Shown in pieces: positions 1-13,258 of a stretch of DNA of 64,000 bases. The position numbers and the translations under genes are program-made. The stretch spans positions 114,018,001 to 114,082,000 of the forward strand of contig NC_042999.1 in assembly GCF_006345805.1 (NCBI RefSeq), in the 5' to 3' direction. The DNA comes from Octopus sinensis (lineage: Eukaryota). Within the stretch, counting starts at the first letter, position 1. Every line of letters starts with the position of its first letter. Under the pieces are notes generated by a model that worked only from the letters and a program-made list of their open reading frames with translations, had not been told where the DNA came from and made no database searches.

Positions 1-310
1 CCTATTATCTCTATCTTCACTGAGGAAGAGACATATCCAATGGTAAGACAGGTTGCTAGAAATCCAGTCTGTCTGTGGCCGCTTTAAAGTGTAACCCCAC
101 AGCCTGTTTCATTTTCAGGGTACACTTCATTTTTCTTCAACTTACCCCAAAAGCAGTAGAGCAGTGCAGACAGATTGCCCCTACCATAGTCAGATAACCC
201 AATCTACTCTTCTTCAAAAGATAGGTTCTTACAAGAACAAAGGGTCCAATCATTCTCTATGTGGTCTTACATTACATTCATCACCACTAAGTATTTCTAT
301 GTCCCCATGA
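1..310 (+). CDS. Tentative spliced ORF: exon ..42, 76-nt intron 43-118, exon 119-310
   Basis: ATG|gtaaga donor at 42/43 and ttcattttcag acceptor at 118. The joined frame PIISIFTEEETYPM-GTLHFSSTYPK...SMSP* is open for about 78 codons. No recognisable homology. Confidence 0.2.
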
Positions 311-319
311 AATATTGAC

Positions 320-526
320 TTCAAATTTTGGCACTAGCCTAGCAATTTCAGGGTGGACATAAGTCAGTTACATTGACCCCAGTACTTAACTAGTACTTAT
401 TTTATCGACCCCAAAAGGATGAAAGGCAAAGTTGATTTCAGCAGAATTTGAACTCAGTATATGAAGACAGACAAAATGCTGCTAAGCATTTTGCCTGGCA
501 CAGTAATGATTCTGCCAGCTTGCCAC
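320..526 (-). mobile_element. tRNA-headed SINE, family B (decayed)
   Basis: Reverse complement carries the gagttcaaattc B box and the gcctttcatccttt...gtcgataaaataagtac core shared with intact copies at 43758 and 62116. CpGs have decayed to TpG/CpA. Confidence 0.8.
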
Positions 527-1354
527 TTAATGTCCCCACTTAATGGTGGTTTAGTTATCAATGGTACAACCATGTAACAGTTTGTACTGAATTACATGTT
601 ACTAATCACACTCAAAGCAACCAGACTTATGCACAAACATACATGCACTCGTTTACACATACAGACTCACTTGCGTGTATACTCTTTCTGTGTTGCAGAA
701 TACTACATTCACTGTTAGTAAAGAATTTGACCAAGTTTTACCTTGAAAATAAAAGCCCTTTTAATTATCTGCAACCCTATTTTGCCTGTCAAGTTTGCCA
801 CAGCCTACTATTTACTTGCAGCAGAATAAAAATGCATTCCCATTTTACATCTTCTGCAGATTATAGCAATTTATTCTGTATTTTGTCTTCCACATTGGCT
901 GGATCTATATTTTCTATAAGGCCAACAGAAAATTAGATCAGCTCTACATATCTTACTACAATAGCTATAACTTACACATTTGTGAAATCATTCACACACA
1001 CATTCATTGAACCATAAATATCAAGCAAATTTGATCCAAAACACCAAGTAACTTCACTTATCTTGCAAAACAGAGAGCAACAACATCTTTTCTCTCAGAG
1101 AAATTGCTCCATTGTTAGAGAAGGAAAGGAGTGAATCCCATAAAAATATTTACAACTACATCTACCATTTCCAAAAGTAGATAATAAAGCATAATTTCTT
1201 GGATAATTAATATATTGATATGAATAGAGCATAAAAGATGATAGTTGATAATTCTATATTTAAAATTGGATAGTGGAAACATTTGGCAATGTAAAAGATA
1301 ACCTTCCAATAGAAAAAGAAAAGTCATGGTAGCAACTTTAAGCTAATATCAGTT

Positions 1355-1552
1355 TCAAAATTTGACACAAGGCCAGTAATATTGTGGGTGGGGTAAGTCA
1401 ATTACATCAACCCCAGTGCTCAACTTTATCGACCCCAAAAGGGAGAACGGCAAAGTTGACCTTGGTGGAATTTGAACTCAGAACATAAAGCCGGACAAAA
1501 TGCCACTAAGCATTTTGTCTGGTATTCTACTGATTCTGCCAGCTCACCACCT
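1355..1552 (-). mobile_element. SINE family B copy
   Basis: Same core: atcgaccccaaaa...ggcaaagttgacc...atttgaactcag...ctgccagctcacc. Confidence 0.8.
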
Positions 1553-1764
1553 TATTTTAAGATAAAATTCCAAAGAGGAAAAAGCAATGTCTGTCATAGA
1601 TATTTGTTAATTTTCATAGATATCTGAAAACTCAGAGCACTTAACTAGATATCACACTTCATTTACTGTGACATAATGGTGCAGATTAAATTAATGAATA
1701 AATATAATGAAGTTATGAGTTTCATTATATTTCAGCACCAACAACTGATGATACTCTATCCATC

Positions 1765-1990
1765 CATCTTCTCCACTATTCCTGGGAGAATCAAGTGGGT
1801 AGAGTCCTCAGGCATTTCTTTCATAGGGTCCTATCAGAAGCAACCATCATTCAATCATTACACTTTCCAACCAGACACCCAACCAACTGAAACTATAATC
1901 CAGCCATCTCATTCTTGGTCTATCCCTAGGTCTCCTGCTGGATGGCTCAGCTTGAAGAGTCTACTTTGCAATTCTTTCCTAAAACTATTC
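1765..1990 (-). mobile_element. RTE-type LINE ORF2 C-terminal remnant
   Basis: Minus translation ERIAK*TLQAEPSSRRPRDRPRMRWLD matches the RTE C-terminal RPRGRPR.RW.D motif. Confidence 0.6.
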
Positions 1991-2699
1991 AATGAAAACT
2001 AAAAAATGTGTCCGCTATCAGACAAAATTGGCAGGCAAATCAGTAGAGTGCTCAAGCCTCTTGCTGAGGAAAACTACCTGACAATAGCCACCTACCTGGC
2101 AGTTTGTCTCTGGGTATCATTGTAGTACATAATACTATGCTCTTCATTTTAACTGTACTATGATTATTCATTCATACAACATACCATGGTGATCATACTA
2201 CACCTACACTGCTGACCACCTGCCAGTTACAGGTACCCAACTGCAGCTGTCATCAACCATCCTGTGTAGATGGAAACGCACCACTGGGTTTCCAATTGTG
2301 TGGATGCACCTTAACCAACACTAGTCATTTATCGGTCATTATATCATCAGTATTTAATAAAGAATCTATAAAAGTGAAGCTCTTTATTATAATGCTCCTT
2401 TTCTATGAGCTGTAGTGTTTGCATGTTTTAAAAATATTTTACCCCTAAGACAACTTTAAAAAATATTTACCATTAGTAAAAAGTAAACAAATATATATCA
2501 GCATCCATGTTTGCTTTGGAAAAAATGTAAAGTGAAAAATGGTATTTGGTAAAAATTGAATGAATCAAAATTTCATGTAAGCAAACAATAAAAATTACAA
2601 AAAAAAAAAACTGTAAATCTTTAAAAATCCTGTCTAGTAAAACAGTCAAAAGCATTTTATTCATCTTCAAATCCTCAAATTCATCATTACTGAATTCAT

Positions 2700-3400
2700 T
2701 ATTAGGCTCTAAATCACTACGGGAGAAATCATCATCATCAACATCATCAATGTCACAAATTTGTCTTCATTGCAATCCAAAGTATTAGTGATATCACATT
2801 TTTTAAAAGACTAAACAAAAAATAACTTCAGTATTAATATCAAACCATGACTTCAGTACCCATTCACACACTTAAGATATTGATTGAGCAGTTTATTCTT
2901 TTAGTAGGCATCACGTCACGATTCCCATCTGTCATCCATTTATTTCCAATGCTCCCTCATGTTATTCTTAAACAGCTCATTAATGCTGACATCTAGTGGC
3001 TGTAACTGGAAAGTCACATCACCAGGAATTACTGCCAGCTGCATATGTGTGTGGCTTCTTTGCAAGCATTTTGATGTTTTCAGACCTTTGAGCATTAAAG
3101 TAATACAGAGAATATTCTCATAGCAGACCACAAGGACACTTAGACCACATCTTTTCCAACCATATCTTGACACTTTCTTCATCCATCCCTCTCCCACATT
3201 ATACAATGACATAAATTCCATTTGGCAGTTTCCTTTCGCAAAGTTTTTTTCTTGAACATTAACAACAGTAATAGTTTGGTCTTGTTGGCTCAACAAGATA
3301 AAGCTACTGTGTGATGCTGTATCTTATGTCTAGTACTTTTTCATAGTCACTGATCATCCCTTATACATTTATTAGCATTTTATCAAATGGTACATCAACA
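2700..3400 (-). mobile_element. pogo/Tigger-like DDE_1 transposase remnant
   Basis: ORF 2940-3296 ends QLAVIPGDVTFQLQPLDVSINELFKNNMREHW (pogo consensus LAVIPGGLTSQLQPLDVS.NKPFK). Another frame gives KLPNGIYV...MDEESVKIWLEKMWSKCPCGLL. Frameshifts and stops are present. Confidence 0.85.
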
Positions 3401-4031
3401 GCCAAATAAATTTTGAAATATACTGTCTTTATTTCAATTAATTTGGAAAATTTGGAAAAATTTTTAAATAAAATACTTTTGTCATTATTAATCTGGCATT
3501 TGGAACAAATTAACATGAAATTTTGATAGATTATTAATTTAAACCACTTTAAAACAGGAAGCTTGAATCATAGAAGAAGGAGTAGTCTCAGGCAGGTTGG
3601 TATCAAAATGGCTAAATTTCCTTCAAATAATAGCATTTTATTCAATTTTCTTTATAATTACTTCAGCTAATCTAATAAACAAACTATCAACCAGCTTGAA
3701 ACAGTACACAGATGCCTGTCAAATCATATCCAGCTATTTTAGATGGAAACCTAGAAACAATAAACATTAAGATGGGAAGGTCACACTTAGAACATTTGAT
3801 CAAAGGCCAGCTTGGTCAATTCTGACTTGGATCTGAGCAACAACAACTATTTCTACTGACAAGGGTGGGCTCCAATTTCTTGCTGTTGATAAGTTGCTGT
3901 TGTGCTGTTTCTGTTATTTAAAAAAAAACAGCTTCTATTCCTCTGAACTGCTTTTATATGCCCCATTCTATTATCAATACTAATCATCTTATTAGACCTC
4001 ATCAGTGAAGAAAAGTCTAATCAAAACCATC

Positions 4032-4230
4032 TTAACTCTTTAGCATTTAAGCCAGCTGTATCCAGCCCAAATATTCTACCTGTTTTACATTCAAATTGGC
4101 CAAATCCAACTTCTTTCACCTACCTACAATGTCAATCTAAAAATATTCAATGGCATCATCAAAATTTTCAAAATACAAGAAAATGCACAATGTAAATAAA
4201 AAAAAAACATTACATTTCACAGAGTAATCT
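4032..4230 (+). mobile_element. piggyBac-like MITE family 2, partial
   Basis: Starts ttaactctttagcattta; body matches the copy at 10330-10562. Confidence 0.6.
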
Positions 4231-5469
4231 CAATAGTTACCCACAGGCCAAACGCTATCCTTATATGTTCTGCCTTGTTAATAAATTACAATAAGCTCTA
4301 GTGCATTGATTTTCCAGGCAGCCTATGATGTTGTTAAGTCTGCCCTCATGATTGCTAGATCTTAAAATGACTAGAAAGACAGAGACTTTGTTTCATAATT
4401 GAACTTGAAAATTTCTTAGAGAAGCCAGGTGCATGGAAACTTAACAGCAAAATGGAAGATATTATATTTGATATAGTAACCCAAGAAATTATGCCCTTAA
4501 TTGTGAATGCTAAAGCCACCTGTTGCTAAATATATTTGTAAGGGGCTTCTTATCAGGGAAAAAAATTGTGTGCGTGTGTGTATGCATGTGTATAATGAAC
4601 ATGTATGCAACACTTGCATTACCTTGACAATGAAAACTAGTTCAGAGACAGACAGAAGCAATAATTGACAAAATAGAGAATTGACAAAACAAAGAAACTG
4701 ACAGACAGATAAGCAGACAGAGAGGCAGGCAGGTAGATATTCAATTAAACAACCATATTGTCTAATTTCAGCTTCCTTGAAGACAGAATGACTATGCATT
4801 GTTATCTCTACAAATTACTTTGACAGATGAAGAAATTAACATTCACACTTGTTTAGCTTCTCAGAATATTGAATAAATACATACATATGTATATGCACAC
4901 ATACATACGTGTGTATGTGTGCATGTGTGAAATTATTACTCCTATTGATAGATTGGAAGATTGGTTAGAGTATCAGTCAATATGCCTTGTGATGTTTCTT
5001 CTCAGCCTACATTCTGAGCTTTGTTCCCATCAAGGTCAATTTTGCCTTTCATCCTTCTGATGGGGGTCATAAAATTAAGTACCAGGCAAGAACCATGATC
5101 AATTTTACCAACTAACCTCCAACCCTTGAAACTTCCTAAATTAGAAATTATTTTTATAACACACACACACACACACACTGGTGAACCTCTCACCCACACT
5201 CCCCAATCCATGTTCACTTACTGCATTCCCCTCTATCCCCATCTCCATCAATCTGCCACTCTCCTTTCACACTATCACCAACTTAGTTATCTCTGTCCAA
5301 TCCTCTGAACCATTTCTCTTATATTCACCTGAGGGTATGCCTTGACACATTTTTACCCATGTCTTTTCTCTAACTAGGATAGCCATGTATCTCCTCCACA
5401 GCAAGAGACTTGTACTAGTCCCTTTATCAACACCTGGTATAAAGCCACAGCCCCAGTAATACACTTTAA

Positions 5470-5645
5470 TGCCAGTGCAGCATAAATAAAAAAAACACCC
5501 AGTACACACAGTGGTGTTTTGCATTAGAAAGGGCATCCAGTTGTGGAAACCATGCCAAAGTATACACTGGAGATTGCAGTCCTTTGGCTTGCCAGCTGCT
5601 CTTCAACTGTCCAACCCATGCCAGCATGAAAAATGGATATTGAAT
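5470..5645 (+). mobile_element. RTE 3' UTR/tail fragment (family C)
   Basis: aagggcatccag...aacccatgccagcatg...gat tail, as in the longer RTE-linked copies. Confidence 0.7.
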
Positions 5646-5762
5646 GGTAATGATATTCATACTTATATACATATTTTTATAAATATCTCTCTTTCGAAGT
5701 AGCTGCAAGTGAAATGATTTTACCACACCATGCCAAGAATCTCTTCCCCTTTTAGCTTTAGT

Positions 5763-6158
5763 AGGCACAGGCATGATTGTGTGGTAAGGAGCTTTCTCCC
5801 CAACCACATGGTTCTGGGCCCAGTCATTTGCATGGCAACTTGGGTAAGTGTCTTCTACTATAACTTCAGGCCAAACAAAGTCTTGTGAGTGGATTTCGTC
5901 AATGGAAACTGAAGGAAGCCCATTGTATATGTTTATATATGCAATATATTTATGTGTGTGTCTTTGTATTTGTGTTTGTTCCCCACCACCACTTAACAAC
6001 CAGTGTTGGTATGTTTACCCTATCAGTCTTAGCAAAAGAGACTAATAGAATAAGTACCAGGGTTAAAAAAGTAAGTCCTGGGGTTGATTTATTTGACCAA
6101 AACCTTTCAAGGTGGTGCTCCAGTATGGCAACAGTCAAATGACTGTTAAGATAAAAGA
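5763..6158 (+). mobile_element. tRNA-headed SINE family A (head, (TG) linker, tail)
   Basis: gtgtggtaag...aaccacatggtt...cttgggtaagtgtcttctactata...ggaaactgaaggaagccc head, followed by the ggtgctccagtatgg...cagtcaaatgactg tail. Confidence 0.85.
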
Positions 6159-6297
6159 TGGTAGGTCCCCAATGGCACCCTCTCTCCCCCTTTCACGTCC
6201 AATTGCAATAATGTAGTTAAATAGTCTACTGGGATGTGAGATTCTCCAAAATATAACATCTATGGTGTCAGAGAGAGACACACACACACACACACAC

Positions 6298-6459
6298 ACG
6301 ACAGGCTTCTTTCAGTTTCCGTCTACCAAATCCACTCACAAGGCTTTATTGGACCTGAGGCTATAGCAGAACACACTTGCCCAAGGTACCACGCAGTGGG
6401 ACTGAACCCAGAACCATGTGGTTGGTAAGTAAGCTACTTACCACACAGCCACTCCAGCA
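6298..6459 (-). mobile_element. SINE family A head
   Basis: ggcttctttcagtttcc...gggactgaacccagaaccatgtggttggtaag...ccacacagccactcc. Confidence 0.85.
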
Positions 6460-7074
6460 TCTATATGTGTGTATATTTTATTAAAAACCTGCCCACACTA
6501 ATCAAGCAGTACTTACACTTCTGACTTTAAAAGACTTGAAAATCCAGAGACAATCATAAACATAACCTCCATCCACCATTAATACAACCACTACTGCCAC
6601 TGCTAGAATTTCTATTTGATTTATTTTAATTTTTGCAAGCTAATAATGATTTATATAGCGTTGTAGAGTAGCTCACAGCTAGTCTCAGCCCACTTAGATT
6701 CAGCTGCCTGGTGTGCCATCACTCTCATGGGCTAGAGTAATGATGCCCACTCAATTCTCCACATGATTTTATATCACTTATGCTGGAAACCACTCAATAT
6801 TTAATTAGTGTTCAATAGTAAATTCAAACTTTCGATGGAAGATATGTGCGGAATATAAAGTAGTTAGTTTGAAGAAAATAGGATTTACATACAGCGTTGT
6901 TCAATAAATACATAAGTCTTTTAAAAAAAAAAAAACTTTTAAAGCCACAACCATGAGAATTACAAGAAAGCATATTAAATCAGTTTTATGTTCTAAAAAT
7001 ATACTTCCAATCTCATTCTTCTTTAAATACATGCCACAATATCTTCTAGGTGACAAACAATGCCACACACCTTT

Positions 7075-7418
7075 TTTATTTTTATTTATTCCCTTGTTTT
7101 AGTCATTTAATGGCAGACATGCTGAAGAGCCACCTTACTCTTTGTAAGCCTGGTACTCTCTTTTACTTAACTGCTAAGCTATGGGGACATAAACACACCA
7201 ACATTAGTTGTCAAGTGATGATAGTGGGGACAAACAAACACAAACACACACACACACAACAGGTTTCTTTCAGTTTCAGTCTACTAAATCCACTCACAAG
7301 GCTTTGTTCAGCCTGAGGCTATAGTAGAAGACACTTGCCCAAGGTGTCATGCAGTGGGACTGAATCCAGAACCATGTGGTTGGGAAGCAAGCTTTTTACC
7401 ACACAGCCATGCCTGCAC
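7075..7418 (-). mobile_element. SINE family A, full length, decayed
   Basis: Tail 7075-7240 and head 7260-7418 joined by a (CA) linker. Confidence 0.8.
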
Positions 7419-9712
7419 CTAAAAAAATTTCACTTGAGGTTCCAGCGAGTATATGAAATCTGGACATTACCGTCATGCAAAATTCTTAATGTAAGGCAAT
7501 TTATTCTACTCACCATATTCAACCTATCATCATCATTTAGTGTTCACTTTTTTTATGCTTGCATTAGCTGGATGGTGTTTATTTAAGACAGATTATTTTA
7601 AAGCCAAATGCTCTTCCTGTTGCCAATCCTTGCTTGTTCTCAAGCAAGATAAATATTTCCCCATGGCCAGACATGTTGGCAAAGAATATTGAAAATGAAT
7701 AACACTACTTGTATGACATGAATCATTTACAATTATCAAGCAGTGTCAAAACAAAGATGGACACACACAGATGCACATACATTACAGGCTTCTTTCAGTT
7801 TCCTCTCAACCAAATCCATTCATATGCCTTTGGTCAGCCTGGGGCTATATTAGACTGAACCTGGAACCATGTGGTTGGGAAGCAAACTTCTTACCACACA
7901 GCCACACCTATACCTATATGATAACAAAAATGAAAAGAACACTTCCTAATCACCAAAGTGGCTTATTCCAGAATTGTTGCTAAGCTCTGGTTTCCTGGTA
8001 GTAGGTAGAGGAGAATTGACTTTTATAGGTGACCTGGTATCTATTCTCACTAGACAGGTAAATTGAGGTAATATATATTAATAATGTGTTCTGTACAAAA
8101 ACACAAGTTAATTGCAACAGATTTGAACTCAAATACTTGGGGCAGGTGATCCAACAGATATCATTACTACTTCACATTTGAGTGGAGGTGGTGGTAGTTG
8201 CAGTGACAGCAGGGGTGATTGCTTAATTCCAGATCAGAACTGATTCAGCAGACTTTGACCACTCCGACTTACCTCATGTGCAAGGAACCCAGAACCACAT
8301 CAACTAATATGTCCTGAGGTAGATTAGACAGCTCATTTTCACAGGTTAAAAGACCACAAAGAAACTCCCTTGATAGCCCAGCCAGATAAGAAATTCTTAT
8401 AAATATTTGAATTTACAGAATTATCCACTCTATGGTAACATTGAGAAAATGACTACAAAAACCATTAACTAAATCTAAGAGAAAATTTGTAATGACTTTA
8501 TATTTTTACATTTTTAAGAAATTCCCCATTTTTTAAACATTAGTGATAACTTCCTATTCATTTTCTTGCTTCAATGAAAAAAGAAAAACAGGAATGAAAT
8601 GCAACAGACTTTGTAGAAATCATTAACTGTGTCTTAATTTAATACAATGTATTGAGAAAGGAAAAAAAAAAAAAGATACATAAACAAAAGTGAAAGCCAT
8701 CAGCTTCAAATAGTTCTCAGAGTATAGCAATAGAAATGTAGAAATGCAGGTAGGTTCCTAACTTGATTGCCAGTTCCATTGGTCAAAATGAATAAATAAA
8801 TAATAAACTCTTATATCTATAATCATCATTGATTATTTTGGTAAATCTCAAACAAAAACATAATAGGGAAAGAAATGGGGGCAGCAGTAGGAGGTGGAGA
8901 TGAGAAAGAGAGAGAGATTTCAGTTACTTATTCATCACTTAATAGCAGAAGCTTAAGTTCTGTGATGGACCTCTCTGATGGATATTGGCAGAATAAGTAA
9001 CAGGATGTATTTATTTACTGAATGAAATATATATAAAAAAAAACAATCAGTTTAAACAAACCAATTCAAAAAGACATGTCCATAACACATTTTCCCAAAA
9101 TTCTTAACTAGACATTGTAATATCATAATAGGAAATTGACATGGAACTGAAGTGAGAAAATATTTCCATTGTAGTATGAAAGAGATATGAATCTTAAAAT
9201 ACAAAAAAGCATGAAACATTCTTCTTGTCCTTTGTTATTAAAGCAAGTGGGCAAGTTGAACGAGTGTAAAGATCTCAACCAAAGATTTCAACAATTCATA
9301 CCATTTAATTGGCACTTTACATCCAAAGCTAAAAAACACTTCACTGTCTGTGATTCAATATCATATATAGGTACAACGGTAGCTTAGATTGCAGTACTGA
9401 GTTCAAGGACTCACTTGCACAACCAAAAAGAAGTCATGCAGTGTATTACATCTCAGAGACTGAACAATAATAATCAGTAGAATCACACTGAAGTTCAATC
9501 TACCAAAAGAAAAAGAAAAAAGCAGTTGAAAAGAACCAATCCAGTTACAGGCCAACAAAGAAACAAAAAAGCATCTATATGGTTGCACCACCTGCAAGAA
9601 ATAGTAGTTGAATCTCCCATCAAAAAAAAAAAAGACGCATTGGAAAATGTTGTCCTTGGAAAGCTAACAGCTTGAACTTCTTTGATCTTATGTCTGTTCA
9701 AACAGTGCTTAA

Positions 9713-9922
9713 CCCTTCCGTTACCAACCTGGCTGAAACTGGCTCTGAGTACAAATATCTTGTTTTCAGAAGTTTTTAATTAAAATCTTTCACCAAACCT
9801 TTGTCGCAATTTATGTTCCTAAAACTAGCTGAATGATAAGTTATTTTACTAAATTCTTTGTTATAGTTAAAGTAACTGAAAGAAACACAGAGCATCTCAA
9901 AATAAATACAGTAACAAAAGGG
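9713..9922. mobile_element. piggyBac-like MITE family 1
   Basis: TTAA on both sides (9709-12, 9923-26) with terminal inverted repeats cccttccgttac / gtaacaaaaggg. Confidence 0.75.
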
Positions 9923-10329
9923 TTAAGTAAGCAAAATAAATCTCACTTTTTATATTAATGTAGTAAGGCCAGTACCAAATATAATGCAGCAGGAAAAAAA
10001 CACCACATATCAAAACAAAAAATGTAAGTAATAACAGTTTCTTGTTTTTGCTTTTTTTAAATATAATTTTATTTATTTTATTGTATCTAGAACAGTAAAT
10101 GGAAAAAAAACAGTAGAATGCTAAACTATATAAATGTCTTTAAAAATATTTAGTTTTTGTCTCTTTCTGTTCAGGGATCAAAATCTATCTGAGAGCCAAA
10201 TCTGCTGCTCCTTTTTCAAAGGAAGAGTGGGATGTGTGAACGAAATAAGTACAGCCAAGTACTGCTTTTAATTAAAACTTGCAGCTGTGAGAGTTAAAAT
10301 TCTTTATAGAGGGGAACAGCAAAAATATA

Positions 10330-10562
10330 TTAAACCTTTAGCATTTAAACAAGCCATATCAAGTTCAATTACTCCATCTGTTTTATGTTCAAACCGTCCA
10401 GATCTGGCCTCTCACACCTACCCTTCAATGTCATTCTAAAATAAAAATAAACAATTGCATATTTGAAATCTTGACGCTACAAGATAATGCATGATGAATT
10501 GAAAATAATGTGAATATATGAGCATTGTGTTTGACAGAGTAATCTAAATGCTAAAGAGTTAA
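10330..10562. mobile_element. piggyBac-like MITE family 2
   Basis: ttaaacctttagcattta ... taaatgctaaagagttaa inverted ends with TTAA. Related copies near 4.0, 59.2 and 61.0 kb. Confidence 0.75.
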
Positions 10563-10949
10563 GAGTGGATTTTATTTTTGCCCTTCTGCATTTGGACTTC
10601 AAATCATGCTGGGAATGACCTTGCTTTTCTTCCTTCTTCTGGTTATGATAAAAATACTGATCATGTACTGAACTGACTATACCCCGACACTACAAAAATG
10701 TGCCCTTGTACCAATGTAAGCAACTATTATTTACATTCATCAATAATAAAGAAATTAAGCTAACCATTGGTCCCAAAGACTGCATGCTTTCACAGAACCA
10801 TAAACGGTTTCCTACACAGGCACAAAGCCACAAGTTTTATGGTTGGTGTTTGCTGTGAACAGAAACTGCACTGCTTGAATCACCAGATCATCCTCCCTTT
10901 GTTCTGTTTTGTTTTTTTAAGTATTTATGTCACATTGTGTCGGTGATTT

Positions 10950-11235
10950 ATAAATGATCTATATGTAGAATTGATGATATAGAATGCACTGTTTCATGTT
11001 CTAAGTGGCTTATTGGGGAAATGTTAGGCAAAGGACATAAAAGAGTGGCATAATCCATGATGGATCTAATGTATTGTTTGTACACTAATGTTGTTGCTCT
11101 TTGTGTTGACCAGATGTGATGCATATGAGTGCTCTGAATATATTTGTGCACCACTTTGCCTTTTTTGCTGTCTGTGAATGTTGTAGAAGTATTGAACAAA
11201 ACTCCTAATATTCTCTTCTTATATGTGTGCATAGA
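10950..11235 (-). mobile_element. LINE RT C-terminal remnant (I/Jockey-like)
   Basis: ORF 10948-11232 contains ILGVLFN...TTLVYKQYIRSIMDYA...HIDHL, typical of the post-RT thumb region of I/Jockey-group LINEs. Confidence 0.6.
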
Positions 11236-12465
11236 ATTTTTATTTTGTTACATATGATTGTTCATAGCATTTGATGATCTCTACTAGAACTGATCCACTT
11301 CGAAATTATCTTAGCCACAGATGCAATGAAATGGTGGTGACAAGATACAAATAACTAATCTTGGTTTGTTATCCATTACTACATCAGCAAAACTATTTTT
11401 GCACTCTGTAATTTTCTACATTGATATTTAACTGAACACTAAGATGACAGAACATTAACAATCTTGACCAAAGATTCTTCTAATAACTGACATTATTGAG
11501 CTGGATTTTCTTCACTTAAATATACCTGTTTTCTGTTAAATGCAAATCCAAGGTCTTTATCAATGGTATTAGCATAGTAACACATAGATACACAAGTAAA
11601 TTATCTTAGAAATGGAATCAAAGCAAGTCAGACTATATTAGAGGCTTTTTTTCAAAGATCTTTCAACACAAATCTAATACATAATTACTTTTCATTTGTT
11701 ATTTTTTTCTAGTTAAAGTCTTTTCAAGTTATTTGTCAAGAAGGGTAACATCTCTACAATGAAATTAACAGTGGATTTAAACAAACCTGCCTACCCACTC
11801 ACTAGAAATATTCCAATTTTCATACCGAAGCATAAACAGGTAGAAGTACAACAACTGATATCCAAATGAGATGAGAAGTGATATGAATCCAACTTCTAGT
11901 AACAAAGTAATACATAACTTTATTATATCAAAATGGCCCAGGGTGAGCAGGTTCAAATGACTAAGTTACCATCAGAGTTCTAGATATAAACAAAGACTAA
12001 AAGTGAAGAAACTATGATGTTAATTGTTTGTTTCAAAAATAATAATGGAGAGACAGAATCCAAAATAAAACTTTTTTTTAAAAAATGAACATTTCTTAAA
12101 TTATATACATTTACAGAGACCTACAACCAACGTTAGTTTCTAAACAAAGGAAAAGCACTCCAGAATTAAAACGCTACTTACAGTTTAGCAGAGTATACCA
12201 GAAGTGATACAAAAACTAAGGAAACTGATCTCACATGGGTACCAATCTTTTGTTATGCTTGTGTGTGTGCGTGTGAGTGTGTGTTCACACATGTACACAT
12301 ACCAGACAAAGGAAGTGTTGAGTATGTAACAAAGAGCTCAGTATATACTCTGTACTTGTCAGTATTAGCAACAAAGAAGTTTCCAAGTAGGAAAGGGAGA
12401 ATATAGCAAATATATAGTTATTTATAGCAACACAACTGAACAAAGACATAGGGTATGTATGTATA

Positions 12466-12506
<41 letters not shown>

Positions 12507-13139
12507 ATATATATATATATAATTACATAAAATTAAAATAACAACACCTCTTATCTTGGGTGGGTAGATGAGGTAGTGAAGTGAATAAAGAAATAAATAT
12601 TAGGATGACAAACTGTTACAGAGTAACATCTGCCGGCATTAATTGAAAAAACGTCACTAATCTTTAGATAATCTTTAGAGTGTAACAGGTTTAAAGCAGG
12701 CACATGTGAATGGCCTTTTTCAGAAAAATGTAAGCCTGTTGCCCTGCCAAAGTGTAAGGATACAGATTGTTTTGAAGACAAAAGAGCCAAACTCTGAAAT
12801 TCACCAGATTGTTTTTGGTAGTTATTCCATAATACGGTTTACTTAAAATGGGATGAGAATATCATCACTATCGTCATTTAACAGTCACTTTTCTATGCTA
12901 CAAGGGTCAGATGGAATTTGTCAGGGCAAAATTTTCTTTAGCCAATTTGGCCCTTCCCTCACCCGTTTCCAAGCGAGGTAATATCTCACTGTGATCACAT
13001 GTTTTTCATGGAAAACTGTAAAAAAATAACATTGCTTTTAGGATAGTCTTGCTTGTTTACAACTTTCAAATGATATCGAGGTAAGGGTACATACATGCAC
13101 ACACACTCACACATTTAAGCATGTGTGTGGGATGCATGA

Positions 13140-13258
13140 GATATGGCTCATCAATAAACAAGCTGCACTGCTAAAAAAAATTCAAGGTAATTTTTTGTTA
13201 GGTGCACCATCCAGAAAGTTCTGTGAGCTGCATGCAATCCACAGGTTGCCCATGACAG
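13140..13258 (-). mobile_element. hAT-like MITE, one end
   Basis: ctgtcatgggcaacc end on the minus strand; body matches 45538-45684 and 51907-52035. Confidence 0.6.

Noticed and set aside
12678-12796. Cys-rich plus frame CNRFKAGTCEWPFSEKCKPVALPKCKDTDCFEDKRAKL*
   Set aside because: It looks protein-like, but the acceptor is modest and I found no convincing upstream exon or homology.
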